Positions 52,266 through 63,750 of a stretch of DNA of 64,000 nt are shown here, one piece after another. Under the pieces are notes generated by a model. That model was not told the origin of the DNA, made no database searches, and saw only the letters and a program-made list of their open reading frames with translations. The stretch covers positions 167,464,001-167,528,000 of the forward strand of contig NC_058368.1 of the NCBI RefSeq assembly GCF_018350175.1, given 5' to 3'. A program made the translations under genes and the position numbers. The number at the start of each line of letters is the position of its first letter. The first letter of the stretch is position 1. This DNA comes from Felis catus. Lineage: Eukaryota.

Positions 52266-54924
52266 TACCCTTGGCAGGACATTTTTGGTTGAATTGGCTG
52301 CAGAACATTAAAAAAGATTAAATGGATTACATATTCACATGAAGTCGCCTGTGATTTTTAGCCATAAAAAAAAAACACAGCATTTTCTGATGATGTGTAC
52401 TAATTGTGAATGATTACAAGATGTGACTGTGTAATTGTGGGTTTTTTTTCCCCTCTATAAATTTCGTGGTAATATAATTTTGGTAGGATAGTTGAAAAGA
52501 ATCCACTTAAAGTAAGTGCTTTGGCTTGGATGGAATCACTTTTTTTTTTTTTTGAACAAACAAACAAAAATCATACCCTAAAACAGCATTCCATTACAGA
52601 GAAAGTGGTTAATTATTTATGTAGTAGGCTGCAAGTTCCTAAGACAGTCTCCATAAAATTCCACGATGGTTGCCTAAGTTCAGAGCCACAAAAATCAAGC
52701 ACTCTACAGTTTGATTTTACAATCAGGAAAATGAGGAAGACAGAGGCAAACTAACCTACCCAAGAAAACATAGCTAGCATAGCTGAAACTAGAGTCAAAC
52801 TTAAACCTCAGAATGCAATTCATTATTTTAGTTGGGGCAAAAAGCTAGCCATGTTTTCTTTCATTTTAATTCTTTGAAGTTTAGAACCAACATAAACTTT
52901 ATGAAACAATGGACTTGTAAAACAATCTCTTCTTTTCCCACACTTGGACTTGTATGGGAAAATTGGATATCACATACACAATGCCACCATTAATGATCAA
53001 AATCTATTTTTTTCTACAATTTTGCCTCATACTTAACAGAAGATGAGTAGTATTTTCACAAGATCAACAACCAAAACTAAAGAAATGTTGCAGATACACC
53101 TTCAGACCACCGTTTTTGTTTTGTTTGTTTGTTTGTTTTGTAGGGAGAATACGTTTCTGAAAAGATAACAGGTAAAATTCATTATTTGGGAAATACTTGC
53201 TTTGATTCCTGTTACACCATGGGCTACAAGACACTGTCACATAAATAACCCAGTGCTGAGATTTATAGCTGATGTGAGAGGCAAGTAGAAGTCTGTAGCA
53301 GAGGTAAAGACACTGATGCTGACTATCTGTTGAATCAGGCCTTTGTTCTAGGACCAGATGTGCAAAATGTAAGTCCACCTGTCCATTTCCTCGTCTATAT
53401 GAGGCAATCTTTCAACAGTGTGTTGGCTTTAATGGATTGTGGTGGTAAAACTAGTATTCCACCAAGTTCAACAGTGCAAAGCAGAATTTTGTAGAGATCC
53501 AGCCAAAAAGTCCTTGAGAGAATTTGCTTCAGATAAGGTAAAATATCTCCAAGCCCATAGTGGCTACGTAAAACGACAGAATTCATACACTGAGTGGGAA
53601 AACATACATACTTGTGCCTAACACTTTTTTGCAGATTGGCTATTTTTCTATACTCAAGGAGAGCAAAAAAAAAAAAAAAAAAAAATCATTCAAAGCTTGC
53701 CAAAAATCTTGTTTCCTAAAATAGTCATACTGATACCTTTTAGAGAAACAAAAAAAAGCCCAAATGGTATTTGGTTTACATGATAGTTTCAGTAATGCCT
53801 ATTTTCTTTTTGACTAACAATTAACAGTGGACAAAAGGACTGAGGTTTTCAAGTATATAGGTACCTTAGCAATCTCCATCTGCCTGGTAATTAATCAGGA
53901 GAGAATTACATGCCATAATCCTTCTATTAAGATTAAACAGACATTATTTCATTTGATCTTCACAAAGTCTTTAAGTCAAAGCAAGTCAAGAATTACCTGC
54001 ATTTTACAGGTGAGAATGTGGACGGTCATAATTGCCAAACTCACAGAGCTAATAGAAGGCAGCTTTCCAGTCTCCTGGAGCAGACAGAAAGTAACAGATA
54101 AGCATCGAGTCCCTAGGAGTAAACTGAGGTTTTCATGAACAGATGGGCCTACACTATCCTATTTCGTGTTCATCTACTTTGAGCAACCAAATCTTTTAGT
54201 GTCTTCTGCACACTTAGATCTTTTCAGACATCATCTGAAACATGATGGGTCCCAGGTTTCCCATGGGCGTAAAAGAAAGTGGTGGTCCTGTAGACTCCCT
54301 GCCTTGGCGTGGGCCTTGCAGACTAAGGTGTGACCAGCCTGGGCCCTCTTCTCTCCAGTTATGAGGAGCAAGCAGCCACTTTTGTAGGCCCCATACACAG
54401 TGACGATTCTCAGCATTCACAGGGCTGCCCCCACACAAGCAGAAACCATGCCTTTCTCAAATGTCAACAGGGATTGCTTAGTACTTGTGGCTCTCTGGAA
54501 ATGGAAGTCAGTCCTGCTAAGGAACATGTCTACCTTCCAGCATTTAGACTTCTGCCTCTTAGACACATTCTTGGGAAGGCATGCTGCACTCGAGCAGGGG
54601 ACTGCTTGTTACAGGTCTTCTTCAAGCAGAAAAGACATTAGCAAAGAATACTCTAAAATCACTCTTGGTGCCAGCCAAGTGCTCTCCCACAGTTCCACTA
54701 CATGCAGAGATGTTTTTAGATGAGCTCTGATTTCTGGTGGGCACACAAAACTGCTGGGCCTTACACATAACTCTTCTCAGCAATACTCTCATAGATGTTA
54801 AACATTCATGTAACATAGAAATATTTTAAAAACTTAATTCAGAACGTTTTTTAATGCCATTGAATTAACTGATACTTAATCAGAGGTTACCATTTACACT
54901 ATCTATCAGAGTTTCCTCATGTAT

Positions 54925-55172
54925 TAAGAGGCGGTGTTGGAATAGGACCATAGGAAATGCGAGTTTATTCGTCTTTAATGGTGTTGTAGATGAGAGTCAA
55001 TACGTGCTTATCATGCTTATCATCTACATTTTAGGCAAATTGGCTTTTCTGTTTGGGCTTCAATTTCTCCCTTCATTTCTCAAATGGGGGAAAACAATCT
55101 ACATACCTTGCAGTACTACTCTGAGAGCTAAAGGATAAAATGCATGTGATACACCTTAATTATAAGGCACTT
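54925..55172 (+). mobile_element. MIR SINE
   Basis: ttaggcaaattg...gggcttcaatttctcc...aaatggggg...atgcatgtgatacacctt. Confidence 0.55.
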
Positions 55173-55579
55173 GCAATTTTTGCTCCATTTTCTATTTTGA
55201 AATAAAATGCATACATTCTATTAGATGCTGACCCAAACAGAATACCAAACTTTGCAGTTTTACTGCAAGTCGTCCACCAGCATAAGGGAGCCCAGGGTCA
55301 GCTGAAGCCACCTCAAATGCCATTCGTAATTGGCAATGTGACTTCCATAGTTTGAGAACTTTTCTGGGCCATACCAGTATTTGGGCATTCTAGAGAGAAT
55401 ACTATAGTATTCCAGGTAGTATTCCTCTGGGTCGAAAGGAAACGGTCAGTTTCTGTAACTGTCAATTTAGCAATTTTACAAGTTTTAGAATGTAAATATC
55501 AGATGTTCTAGAATTAGAATCCTATAAAAAGTGTCATTTAATCCAACAGTACCTTACATTAGCCAGACCACTTTAACAG

Positions 55580-55828
55580 TATCATGTAAACCTCACATAG
55601 AGCTTAGTAAATGCCAGGCAAGGCCCTAAGAGCTTTATTATGTGTATAATTATATGAGTGAACTCATTTCACAGTCTTGGCCATCCTATGCCATTGGTAC
55701 TACCATCTTCTTGTTACACGTCCAGAGATGGAGATACAAAAGGTTAATTCACCAGTCCAAGGGGGCAGGAGATGGCACAGATAGGACTGAAACCCAGACC
55801 AACTGGCATTAGAGTCCATGCTCTAGAC
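55580..55828 (-). mobile_element. MIR SINE
   Basis: atgccaggcaaggccctaagagcttta...aactcattt...ggactgaaacccagaccaactggcattagagtccatgctct. Confidence 0.65.
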
Positions 55829-55965
55829 CAGGAGTCTGCCAGGCTTTTTGTTTTGGTTTGTTTTGTTTTTTGTTTTCTTTGAAGGGCCACAGAGTAAATA
55901 CTTGCAGCTTTGTGGAACACACACACTCTGCCACAAGTAATCCATAAAGTGCAGTTTGCCAAGTG
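55829..55965. mobile_element. MER58A-like hAT-Charlie fragment with an internal GTTT-rich expansion
   Basis: caggagtctgcca...tgaagggccacagagtaaatacttgcagctttgtgg resembles the MER58 end. Confidence 0.6.
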
Positions 55966-56471
55966 CTGCTCAGAAGCATCACACTCTGCCGCCTCTGAAA
56001 TGCTTTATGATTTTCGAAGTAGTTTGATGTGTAACTCATTTGATTCTCACTATAGTCTTCTATAGTCATGATATGTTTGACTGTTTCCCTTTGGTCAGCG
56101 AGGAAACTGAAGCCTGATGTGGATCTCGCTTAGAGCAGCAGCAGCAGGGAGGAGCAGAGACCACGCGCCTGCATCTGGATTTAGAGACAAGGACTCCTTC
56201 TGATCTACTTTCCCCACTCCCTACAAATCTCCATATTCTCCACCAGATGGTACTTACGAGATAAGATTATCAAAGTGGCAATGAAGGTCATTTTACTCTT
56301 CTGTAGTATTGATTCATTCCCTCTCTCTACTATCCCGTCAGAAGAAATTTTAAAATTTCCTTAATTTCAACAAAACATGTGCTGATAAGTCTTCTAAGAC
56401 ATGATAAATCTTTTAACTCTGAAAAGGAGCTACAAACCAAATATGTAAGCTTAAAAAATATATGACATTTA

Positions 56472-56705
56472 GGGGCACTTGGTGGCTCAGTTGGTTAGGC
56501 GGCCAACTTTGGCTTGGGTCATGATCTCACAGCTTGTGGATTCGAGCCCTGCGTTAGGCTCTGTGCTGACAGGTCGGAGCCTGGAGCCTGGAGCCTGCTT
56601 TGGATTTTGTGTCTTCCTCTCTCTGCCCCTCCACTGCTCGCACTCTGTATCTCTGTATCTCTCTCTTTCACTCTCTCTCTCTCAAAAATAAATAAACATT
56701 AAAAT
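56472..56705 (+). mobile_element. Can-SINE, cluster member A
   Basis: ggggcacttggtggctcag head, extra ggagcct unit, CT region, aaaaataaataaacatt. Confidence 0.95.
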
Positions 56706-56715
56706 ATTTTTTTTA

Positions 56716-56924
56716 GGGGCACCTGGGTGGCTCAGTCGGTTGAGCCTCCGACTTTGGCTCAGGTCATGATCTCACAGTTCGTGGGTTCGAGCCCCACGTC
56801 AGGCTCTGTGCTGACAGCTCAGAGCCTGGAGCCTGCTTCGGATTCTGTGTCTCCCTCTCTCTCTGACCCTCCCCCATTCATGCTCTGCTGTCTCTGTCTC
56901 AAAAATAAATAAACATTAAAAAAA

Positions 56925-56959
<35 letters not shown>
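56716..56959 (+). mobile_element. Can-SINE, cluster member B, with (TAAA)n tail
   Basis: Full element; aaatatttttt on both sides (about 56702 and 56960) is a probable TSD, placing it inside the tail of A. Confidence 0.95.
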
Positions 56960-56961
<2 letters not shown>

Positions 56962-56993
56962 ATATTTTTTAAAAATAAAATAAAAAAATTTTT

Positions 56994-57203
56994 TATTTTT
57001 TTCAACGTTTTTATTTATTTTTGGGACAGAGACAGAGCATGAACGGGGGAGGGGCAGAGAGAGAGGGAGACACAGAATCGGAAACAGGCTCCAGGCTCCG
57101 AGCCATCAGCCCAGAGCCCGATGCGGGGCTCGAACTCACGGACCGCGAGATCGTGACCTGGCTGAAGTCGGACGCTTAACCGGCTGCGCCACCCAGGCGC
57201 CCC
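56994..57203 (-). mobile_element. Young Can-SINE, cluster member C
   Basis: Young-subfamily diagnostic bases; TSD taaaata(a)aaaaattttt at 56976-56993 and 57204-57220. Confidence 0.96.
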
Positions 57204-57247
57204 TAAAATAAAAAATTTTTAAAAGTGAAAAAAAAAAAAGCCTGCTA

Positions 57248-57465
57248 GGAGTGCCTGGGTGACTCGGTTAAGCATCCAACTCTTAATCTCCACTCAGGTC
57301 ATGTTCTCAAGGTTCATGGGATCGAGCCCCATGTTGGGTTCTTCGCTGTCACCGCAGAGCCTACTTGGGATTTTCTCTCTCTCTCTCTCTCTCTCTCTCT
57401 GCCCCTTTCCTGCACTCTATTTATTTTGAGAGAGTGAGAGAAATAAACTTTAAGAAAAATTTAAA
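57248..57465 (+). mobile_element. Older Can-SINE, cluster member D
   Basis: gagtgcctgggtgactcggttaagcatccaactctt...gcagagcctacttgggattttctctct; degenerate TSD aaaa(g/a)cctgct. Confidence 0.92.
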
Positions 57466-57564
57466 AGAAAAACCTGCTGGATTTTACAAAGCTGAAAGAA
57501 TCCCCACTATGCTCCTGTGACCAACATTTTCAGCCATAAGTGTACTTTCAGGGCAATCTTTCTT

Positions 57565-57715
57565 TAATGTCTTTTTATAATTCAAGTATAGTTGACATAA
57601 ATTATATTCAAGCGTGCACCATAGTGATTAGCATTTGCACACTTTACAAAATGCTCATCATCGTAAGAGTTGCTATCATCTACCACCATACAGAGTTATT
57701 CCGTTATTATTGATT
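57565..57715 (-). mobile_element. L1 3' terminal fragment (L1MA/carnivore type)
   Basis: tttttataattcaagtatagttgacata...catagtgatt...caccatacagagttatt. Confidence 0.65.
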
Positions 57716-57984
57716 TTTTAAATTAAGATCTCAACTTTTTTTTTAATACTGCCAAATATATCTACTATTTTAAAAAAATGACTGTTTTTACTATGGCTCT
57801 GAGAGCGATATGCAATCCTGGCCACTTACTATGGCCCCAACACTGACTGGTGTTCTCATGGTCTTTGTTAAGTTCTGCTGGGAAAAAATGGGGAAATGCC
57901 CAAGAGGTTTTCACTTACCAGCTTTCTGGGAAAGGATAGTAGGAAAATGAAAGGGGGGAAAAGCTACAGTAATGATACTACGAG

Positions 57985-58245
57985 TGATTATAATAACTGC
58001 CAATATTAACTGAAGGCTGATTATGAGGCAGGCATTGTTCTAGGCATGTGTTAAATCATTTGATCTTTAAGTGACCCAGAAGAGAGGCACTATTATCATC
58101 TCCACTGAAGAGGAGGAAATTGAGGCAGAAAAAGGCTGGGTAACATATGAGAGAAGAAAGCTGAAAATTAATAGACCCACCTGAGAGTGCTGGCTCCCAG
58201 ACCTAATGTTAATCATTCTTACCGTTAACCATTCTTCCACTGATG
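57985..58245 (-). mobile_element. MIR SINE
   Basis: aggcattgttctaggc...aggcactattatcatctccactgaagaggaggaaattgaggcaga. Confidence 0.7.
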
Positions 58246-58434
58246 AAACTACGTGTAGAGTTTCGTTAGGACTAAGCACTGTTAACAATGCTGGTAACTC
58301 AACTTAGATCAGTCCAAAAACCATTCCTATCAATGGGCTTCACCCTATCATGCAGTTCTTTTCATGAAACTCTATTTTACAAAGCCAAGGTGATAAAGAT
58401 TTTTAAAACCCAGAAAAGACTAGGTTTTGTTTAC

Positions 58435-58787
58435 CCATTTGTTTTGTTTTTTATATTCCACTTATAAGTGACATCATGGTATTTGTCTTTCTCTGTCTGA
58501 CTTATTTTATTTAGCATAATACCCTTTAGGTCCATCCATGTTGTCACAGGTCACAAGATTTTATTATTTTTTAAGGCCAAGTAATATTCCATATACATAT
58601 ATACCATATCTTCTTTATCCATTCATTTATGGATGGACCCTTGGGTTGCTTCCCTATCTTGCCTATTGTAAATAATGCTGCAACCAACATAGGGATGCGG
58701 GTATCTTTTCAAATTCGTGTTCTTGCTTTCTTTGGGTAAATGTACAGCAGTGGAATTACTGGATCATACAGTGTTTCTATTTTTAAT
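58435..58787 (-). mobile_element. L1 fragment (ORF2 C-terminus / 3' UTR junction), truncated
   Basis: attccacttataagtga..catggtatttgtctttctctgtctgacttattttatttagcataataccc...ttctttatccattcat...ctattgtaaataatgctgca...agtggaattactggatcata. Confidence 0.9.
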
Positions 58788-58864
58788 AAGGTATGTTTTG
58801 ATGTTGCCCATGTGCAGATATTGTAGATAACTATCTACAGACGGAGAATTGAAAAAGACTAACC

Positions 58865-59060
58865 CATGTTTTGGAAAAGCAGTTCAGGGTCCAGTTTCTG
58901 GCTCTATCGCTTTTGGCAACAATTTCTAGAAGGTATGACATTAGGGTGATAATAATTTCCCTCTGAGAATTAGTTTGGAGTATAAAAGAGACAACGTGTG
59001 TGAGGGCACTTTGTAAAGTATCAAAGGATAAGTAAGTGCAACTAGTTATTTTATTATTAC
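58865..59060 (+). mobile_element. MIR SINE relic
   Basis: tgtgtgagggcactttgtaaagtatcaaagg...ctagttattttattatta. Confidence 0.5.
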
Positions 59061-60714
59061 AGCTCTCCTCTAAGGAATTAAGTTTTAGATATAAATCTCC
59101 CTCCAGAAGGGAAATCCTGACCACGAGGCAATATAAATACTCCAAGAAAGAAGGAGTGATGGGGAAAGAAAAAGAATTTCTACTGATCCAACTCAACAAA
59201 ATACCCGGAAACCTAAGCCATCTGCCTGGTTTCCCCAGAGACCTTATTAATCTGTGGGCAGGCACAGCCAGCACCAGGATGGGCTGAGCATGAAATGCTG
59301 GCCCTGCAATTGCCAGTGGCCCAGCTGTAGCCTCAGGGAAGAAGATGATCTGACACAGGAAGGGGAAAGATGGAAGCCAGGAAGGATCGCATGCCTGCTC
59401 CACCAATGCCCTGTTGCCTCCTGCTTTCTAAGCTTGATGACTGTCATCTACCCCAAAAGGTCAAGTCCATAGTAACCCCAGAGCACGTAAACTCATCCAT
59501 TAGATTTTATATCCCTAAAGGGAAGAAACCATCTCCATTTTACATCTCCCCAAGGTACAGTAGTTTCAACATTCAGAGGAGACCTTGACCTTGCACAGAA
59601 GTTCTTGTTGGCCTAACACACACTGCCTTCTCCTAGTGGTAGGGCAATTATCTGGCAGAACACTATACATTGTGGCCATTGCTAGTGACATTAATGTATT
59701 TTCTTCGAGATCCAAGTGAATTCTATAGAAGTCACTAAATGCATAACAGAGAAGTTGATTTTTTTAATGGTTTTCCTTTTACTAAATGAAGTATACTCAA
59801 TATTAACGTTTTTTTCTAAATTATATATACACTACAATCATTCTGTGGAAGTAATTTTTTATAGTCAGTGAAAAAGCATTGAATGCTTTTTTAATAAAAA
59901 CAAAAACAATCCTACACCCACAAGGTTCTTCCACACATTATTGTATTTTCTGTCCATATTTGCAGGGTTTTTTTTAATTGCTATTTTACCTGGGATGTGA
60001 AAATACCTCTTCTGATACTTTGTAAAAAAAGAAAAATACTAACATTTAAGAGTTCAGAAGTAATTCCTTTAAAAGATAGAATAATTTTATAATATATTCT
60101 GTATGCAGAATAAAGACTTATTTCAAAGAAAAGCCAAGCTGCAATTGATGTCCAGAAAGCCAGCTGGTCACCCTATAATTTGTTAGCCCTGTTTAAAGTG
60201 GTCCTGACAATAACCACTCATTTATTGAGGCATTCCAGTCTTTTTCCTATAAAATATTTCAAGGTTAACAAAATACAAAAGGGAGAAATTAATTACTCCA
60301 GAATATAAACAGATGTATATTAAAAGCATGCATCTCATTTGTATTAGAAAGAAAAATAATTAAAGCTTTGAGCATCTTTTTTAGAAACCTCCCATTTTGA
60401 TGTTCCAGTTGAATCTTGTACCCAAAATAGAAGAAGTATTACTGCTGGCGATTTTTCTATGTCACCGATATGGGAGCAATTAATATTTGCATAACACATG
60501 TAAGATCCTAATAAAACAAAAACATACTAATGGTAAGTAATTGTGAGGTTTCTCTATTTATCCTCATAGAAACATTAAGTGGAAGAGAGGGGAACAATTA
60601 TAATCATTTCAGAAAAAAAGGTAGTGGGAAGAAACTAATTGATAGGCACAGAAAAACATCAATGATGGGCACAGAGTCCTCAATTTATTTAATCCTTTGA
60701 TTATGCCTCCCAAT

Positions 60715-60885
60715 TATCATGTGCCAAATCCTGGGAGATGAGTTTTAATCCCAACAACCCATGAGCTAGGCACTATTATCTACATGTTGCAGGTAGGAAA
60801 ACTGAGTCTCAGAAAAATTAGCTATCTTGGCCAAGATCCAAACGCTACTATTTGCCAAGGTCAAGACTAATGCCTACACTCCGCA
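60715..60885 (-). mobile_element. MIR SINE
   Basis: tttaatcccaacaacccatgagctaggcactattatc...gcaggtaggaaaactgagtctcaga...cttggccaagatc. Confidence 0.75.
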
Positions 60886-62744
60886 CACCTTTGAAGGGAC
60901 ACTTGTTGTTCGATTCTGCAACAGCAGCTTCTGCCAGCCGCGAGGTGCTGGGGTCACCGTGCCGTCTGCAGAGCAGTTGGGCATTCCTCTACTGAGTTCT
61001 CAACAACTGAGAAATGTTCATCTCAGTCTGCTGCTGGGCCTTAGTCATTCTGTCACTTGGGCCCTCCTCTGCATCCCCCACCTCTTGCTCTGTGCAGGAC
61101 ACTTTGTCTAACATATCCTGCAGAGACAGATGTACAGTGTAGGGCAGCTTAAAAAATCATGAGTCTTGGCAAACTCTTGGCTTATTAGCCCACACACCAG
61201 TTCACAGATGACTGGAATTCTGAAATCAGATTACCTGACAGGCAATTTCATTATCTTGCTCTGGTACACCTTCCGAACCTTGAGATAGCCAGATATACAT
61301 CGCCCATTAATCTGTTTGGTCAGTCAATGTGTAGCTTTGTAATCCTGTTTGTGCAGTTACCCATGTTCAAGGTTTTCCTAGTCCCTTTGTGTCCATGATT
61401 ATATGTCACTGTGTGTATAGAAAGGGAGCAGAGATGGTCTCATATTTTCAACAGATTGAAAGTCATTATTTCATTCTACAGCAATTGAGTCTTAAAATCA
61501 TTGATTTAAATTCTTACCGGTTTACTTCTCATCTAATCATCTTAAACCCAATGTTAAACACTCTGCTGTATAAGGTAAGTGCTGACCACACATGAGTTTA
61601 ATTAACCTGTGACAGAAGGAAGGAATGCCAAGAATGGCTAATGGCTTCAAGTTAGATGTGAGATACACACATTCTATAATGGGAGTATACACAACTCCTC
61701 TGATCTTACAATTCCTCCTCATGAAATCTCAAGCTTAAAATAAGGAAAGGAATTTCTTCCTAAGATACCAACATAGTGCAAAGCTCCATTTCAAGAAAAG
61801 AGTTAATACCAGCTTTCTTTCCTGTCGTTTCTCATTTTCCATTCCGGAGGCTGGGAAAGCAAAGAAAGCTTCCTTTGGGGTACCGGGTTAATGTTTTGGC
61901 CCTTGTTCAGTATCACCATCCAGCTTACCACTCAACCCTCCCTATGAAGATCAAGCATTCGAGGAAATCAAACAACTCAGTCTTTGTTACTAGACACACT
62001 TATGTTCTTTCTTCACCATGCCTCTATTCTCCTCTAGAATATTCCCTTCTTGAACCTCTACACCACTTACTGCCTATTTAGTAAGTCAACCCAACAGCCT
62101 CTCTTTGGCCCACATGTAACACAAACTGCCTTTTTTTGTGGATCAACATCCTGTGTCTATCAAAATCTGGTATGCACAGTGTCTCATCCACTGTGGTTTC
62201 TCTCACACCAACTAGTTACAAGAATTAAATTGAACCAGTATTTACTATATAACGGGCACTGGGTGAACTGTATGTATACCTCTTTTCTTAATTGTCTTAA
62301 GAGACCTATAGATTTTTTACCATAAGACCAAAGACCACACAAGTTATGAGGGGACAAAACCCCAAGTAAAATTCACATTTTCTATTGTACCTGGAATTCT
62401 GTTCCCTTGCCCAGAACAATCTTAAATAAATTTCTCAAACTCAGTGGTCTGTCTGCAGCAAGAGGAAGTTACCTGAACCAATGTCCTCATGAAGCTAATT
62501 CATCATTCCATTTCACATTCCACTGATGAAAATCCACAGGAAGACATTTTTTGATCAAAATTTTTATCTTATTTAAACCTATTCAGCACATCTCATCGAT
62601 CTTAAATTATCTACTGTGTGGGAGACAGGTCCCATCAAGGTGGTGACACAGGAAGAAATCAACTGACTGCTTAAGCCCAAACTTCAAGGCTCCAGTTCCA
62701 ACCCCCCCCACCCCCCCATCCTGTCACCACCTACCTCTCTTTCC

Positions 62745-62920
62745 TTTACTAATCTCAGTATACCTAGAATTTTATGTGATGATTTCCATAATGTCTACCT
62801 CCCTACTGAACAGTCAGCCACATGAGGGCAGCGGCCATGGTTGGTGTCTGTCACATTTTAGCCCTGGTCCCTAGCACAGTGACTGGGAAGCGATAGGTGC
62901 CCAATAAGTGTCTGCCAAAG
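62745..62920 (+). mobile_element. L2 LINE 3' end relic
   Basis: catgagggcagcggccatgg...cctagcacagtgactgggaagcgataggtgcccaataagtg. Confidence 0.65.
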
Positions 62921-63414
62921 GAGAAGGGGTGGGAGAGGCAAGGATGAAGACCAGGCAGCACGCATCCTAGCGTGAATCTGGACGAAGTGCCATCTCAAGA
63001 ATCATGCCGCCCAGTGGCTGACCTGACAGGAGCTCAGAAGCTGTGCTGCCTAGAGCAATATGGTAAAAGTTATTTTGCTTTCTCCTATCTGAATCATGGT
63101 ATTTGTCAGCCAATACACACAAAAGTGAATTCAGTCCTGGTGAGTTGTGAAATTCTCCCTGTATTCTGGTCGGACTTCTCTCTGTGTGCTGTGGTTCTCC
63201 TCTGTGCAACGGGGATAAAGAACTTCTACCACTGGTATGAAATCTTTTGCCTACCAAATAAAATAGTAAATGAACTTTCTCAGAGTTCCTTTAAAAACAA
63301 AACAGTTTCCATATCAAGTTTTGTTACTACTACATTTGTTTAGATATGTGTTCACCTTTGAATAACTGAAATATTTGGCTTCTTACAATAATGATCTAAT
63401 AAGAAGGCAATCAA

Positions 63415-63750
63415 ATACAGTGGTTCCTAACAGATTTCCAGTCTAAGAAACTTGGGTTCAAATATTCATTGAAATGTTATGCAATGTAAAGTAAACTGCA
63501 ATGATATGACAGTACCTACCCTACAGTGTTCCTGGAGGAATTAAGTGATCAAATATAAAGTGTTTAGACTATAACGTGCCAGACACATGGTCAATGTAAA
63601 TGTTGCTATTCTCATTATTTTGTGATTGAAAAAATGTGAGCCCTGAAGAGATTAAGTGACCTGCCCAAGTTTATACTGCAAGATGCAAAGATAAGGCTAA
63701 TAGTTCTCAACCCGCACTCCTGAACTCCATCATACATGGATTATGCTGTT
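63415..63750. mobile_element. Two adjacent MIR fragments in opposite orientation
   Basis: Plus: cttgggttcaaat...acagtacctaccctacag...gtgccagacacatggtcaatgtaaatgttgctatt. Minus: agagattaagtgacctgcccaag. Confidence 0.6.

Noticed and set aside
55397..55412. Perfect 16-bp palindrome gaatactatagtattc
   Set aside because: About one is expected by chance in 64 kb (64000/4^8)
17848..57203. Recurrent ORFs of the MAQSV.../SEPGACFRFCVSL... type (e.g. 18354, 20070, 20532, 29962, 35303, 46452, 47266, 56479, 56727)
   Set aside because: All fall inside Can-SINE copies; not a gene family
58831..59406. Longest ORF (191 aa, minus strand)
   Set aside because: Non-ATG start, overlaps a MIR relic, no recognisable domain, no convincing splice sites
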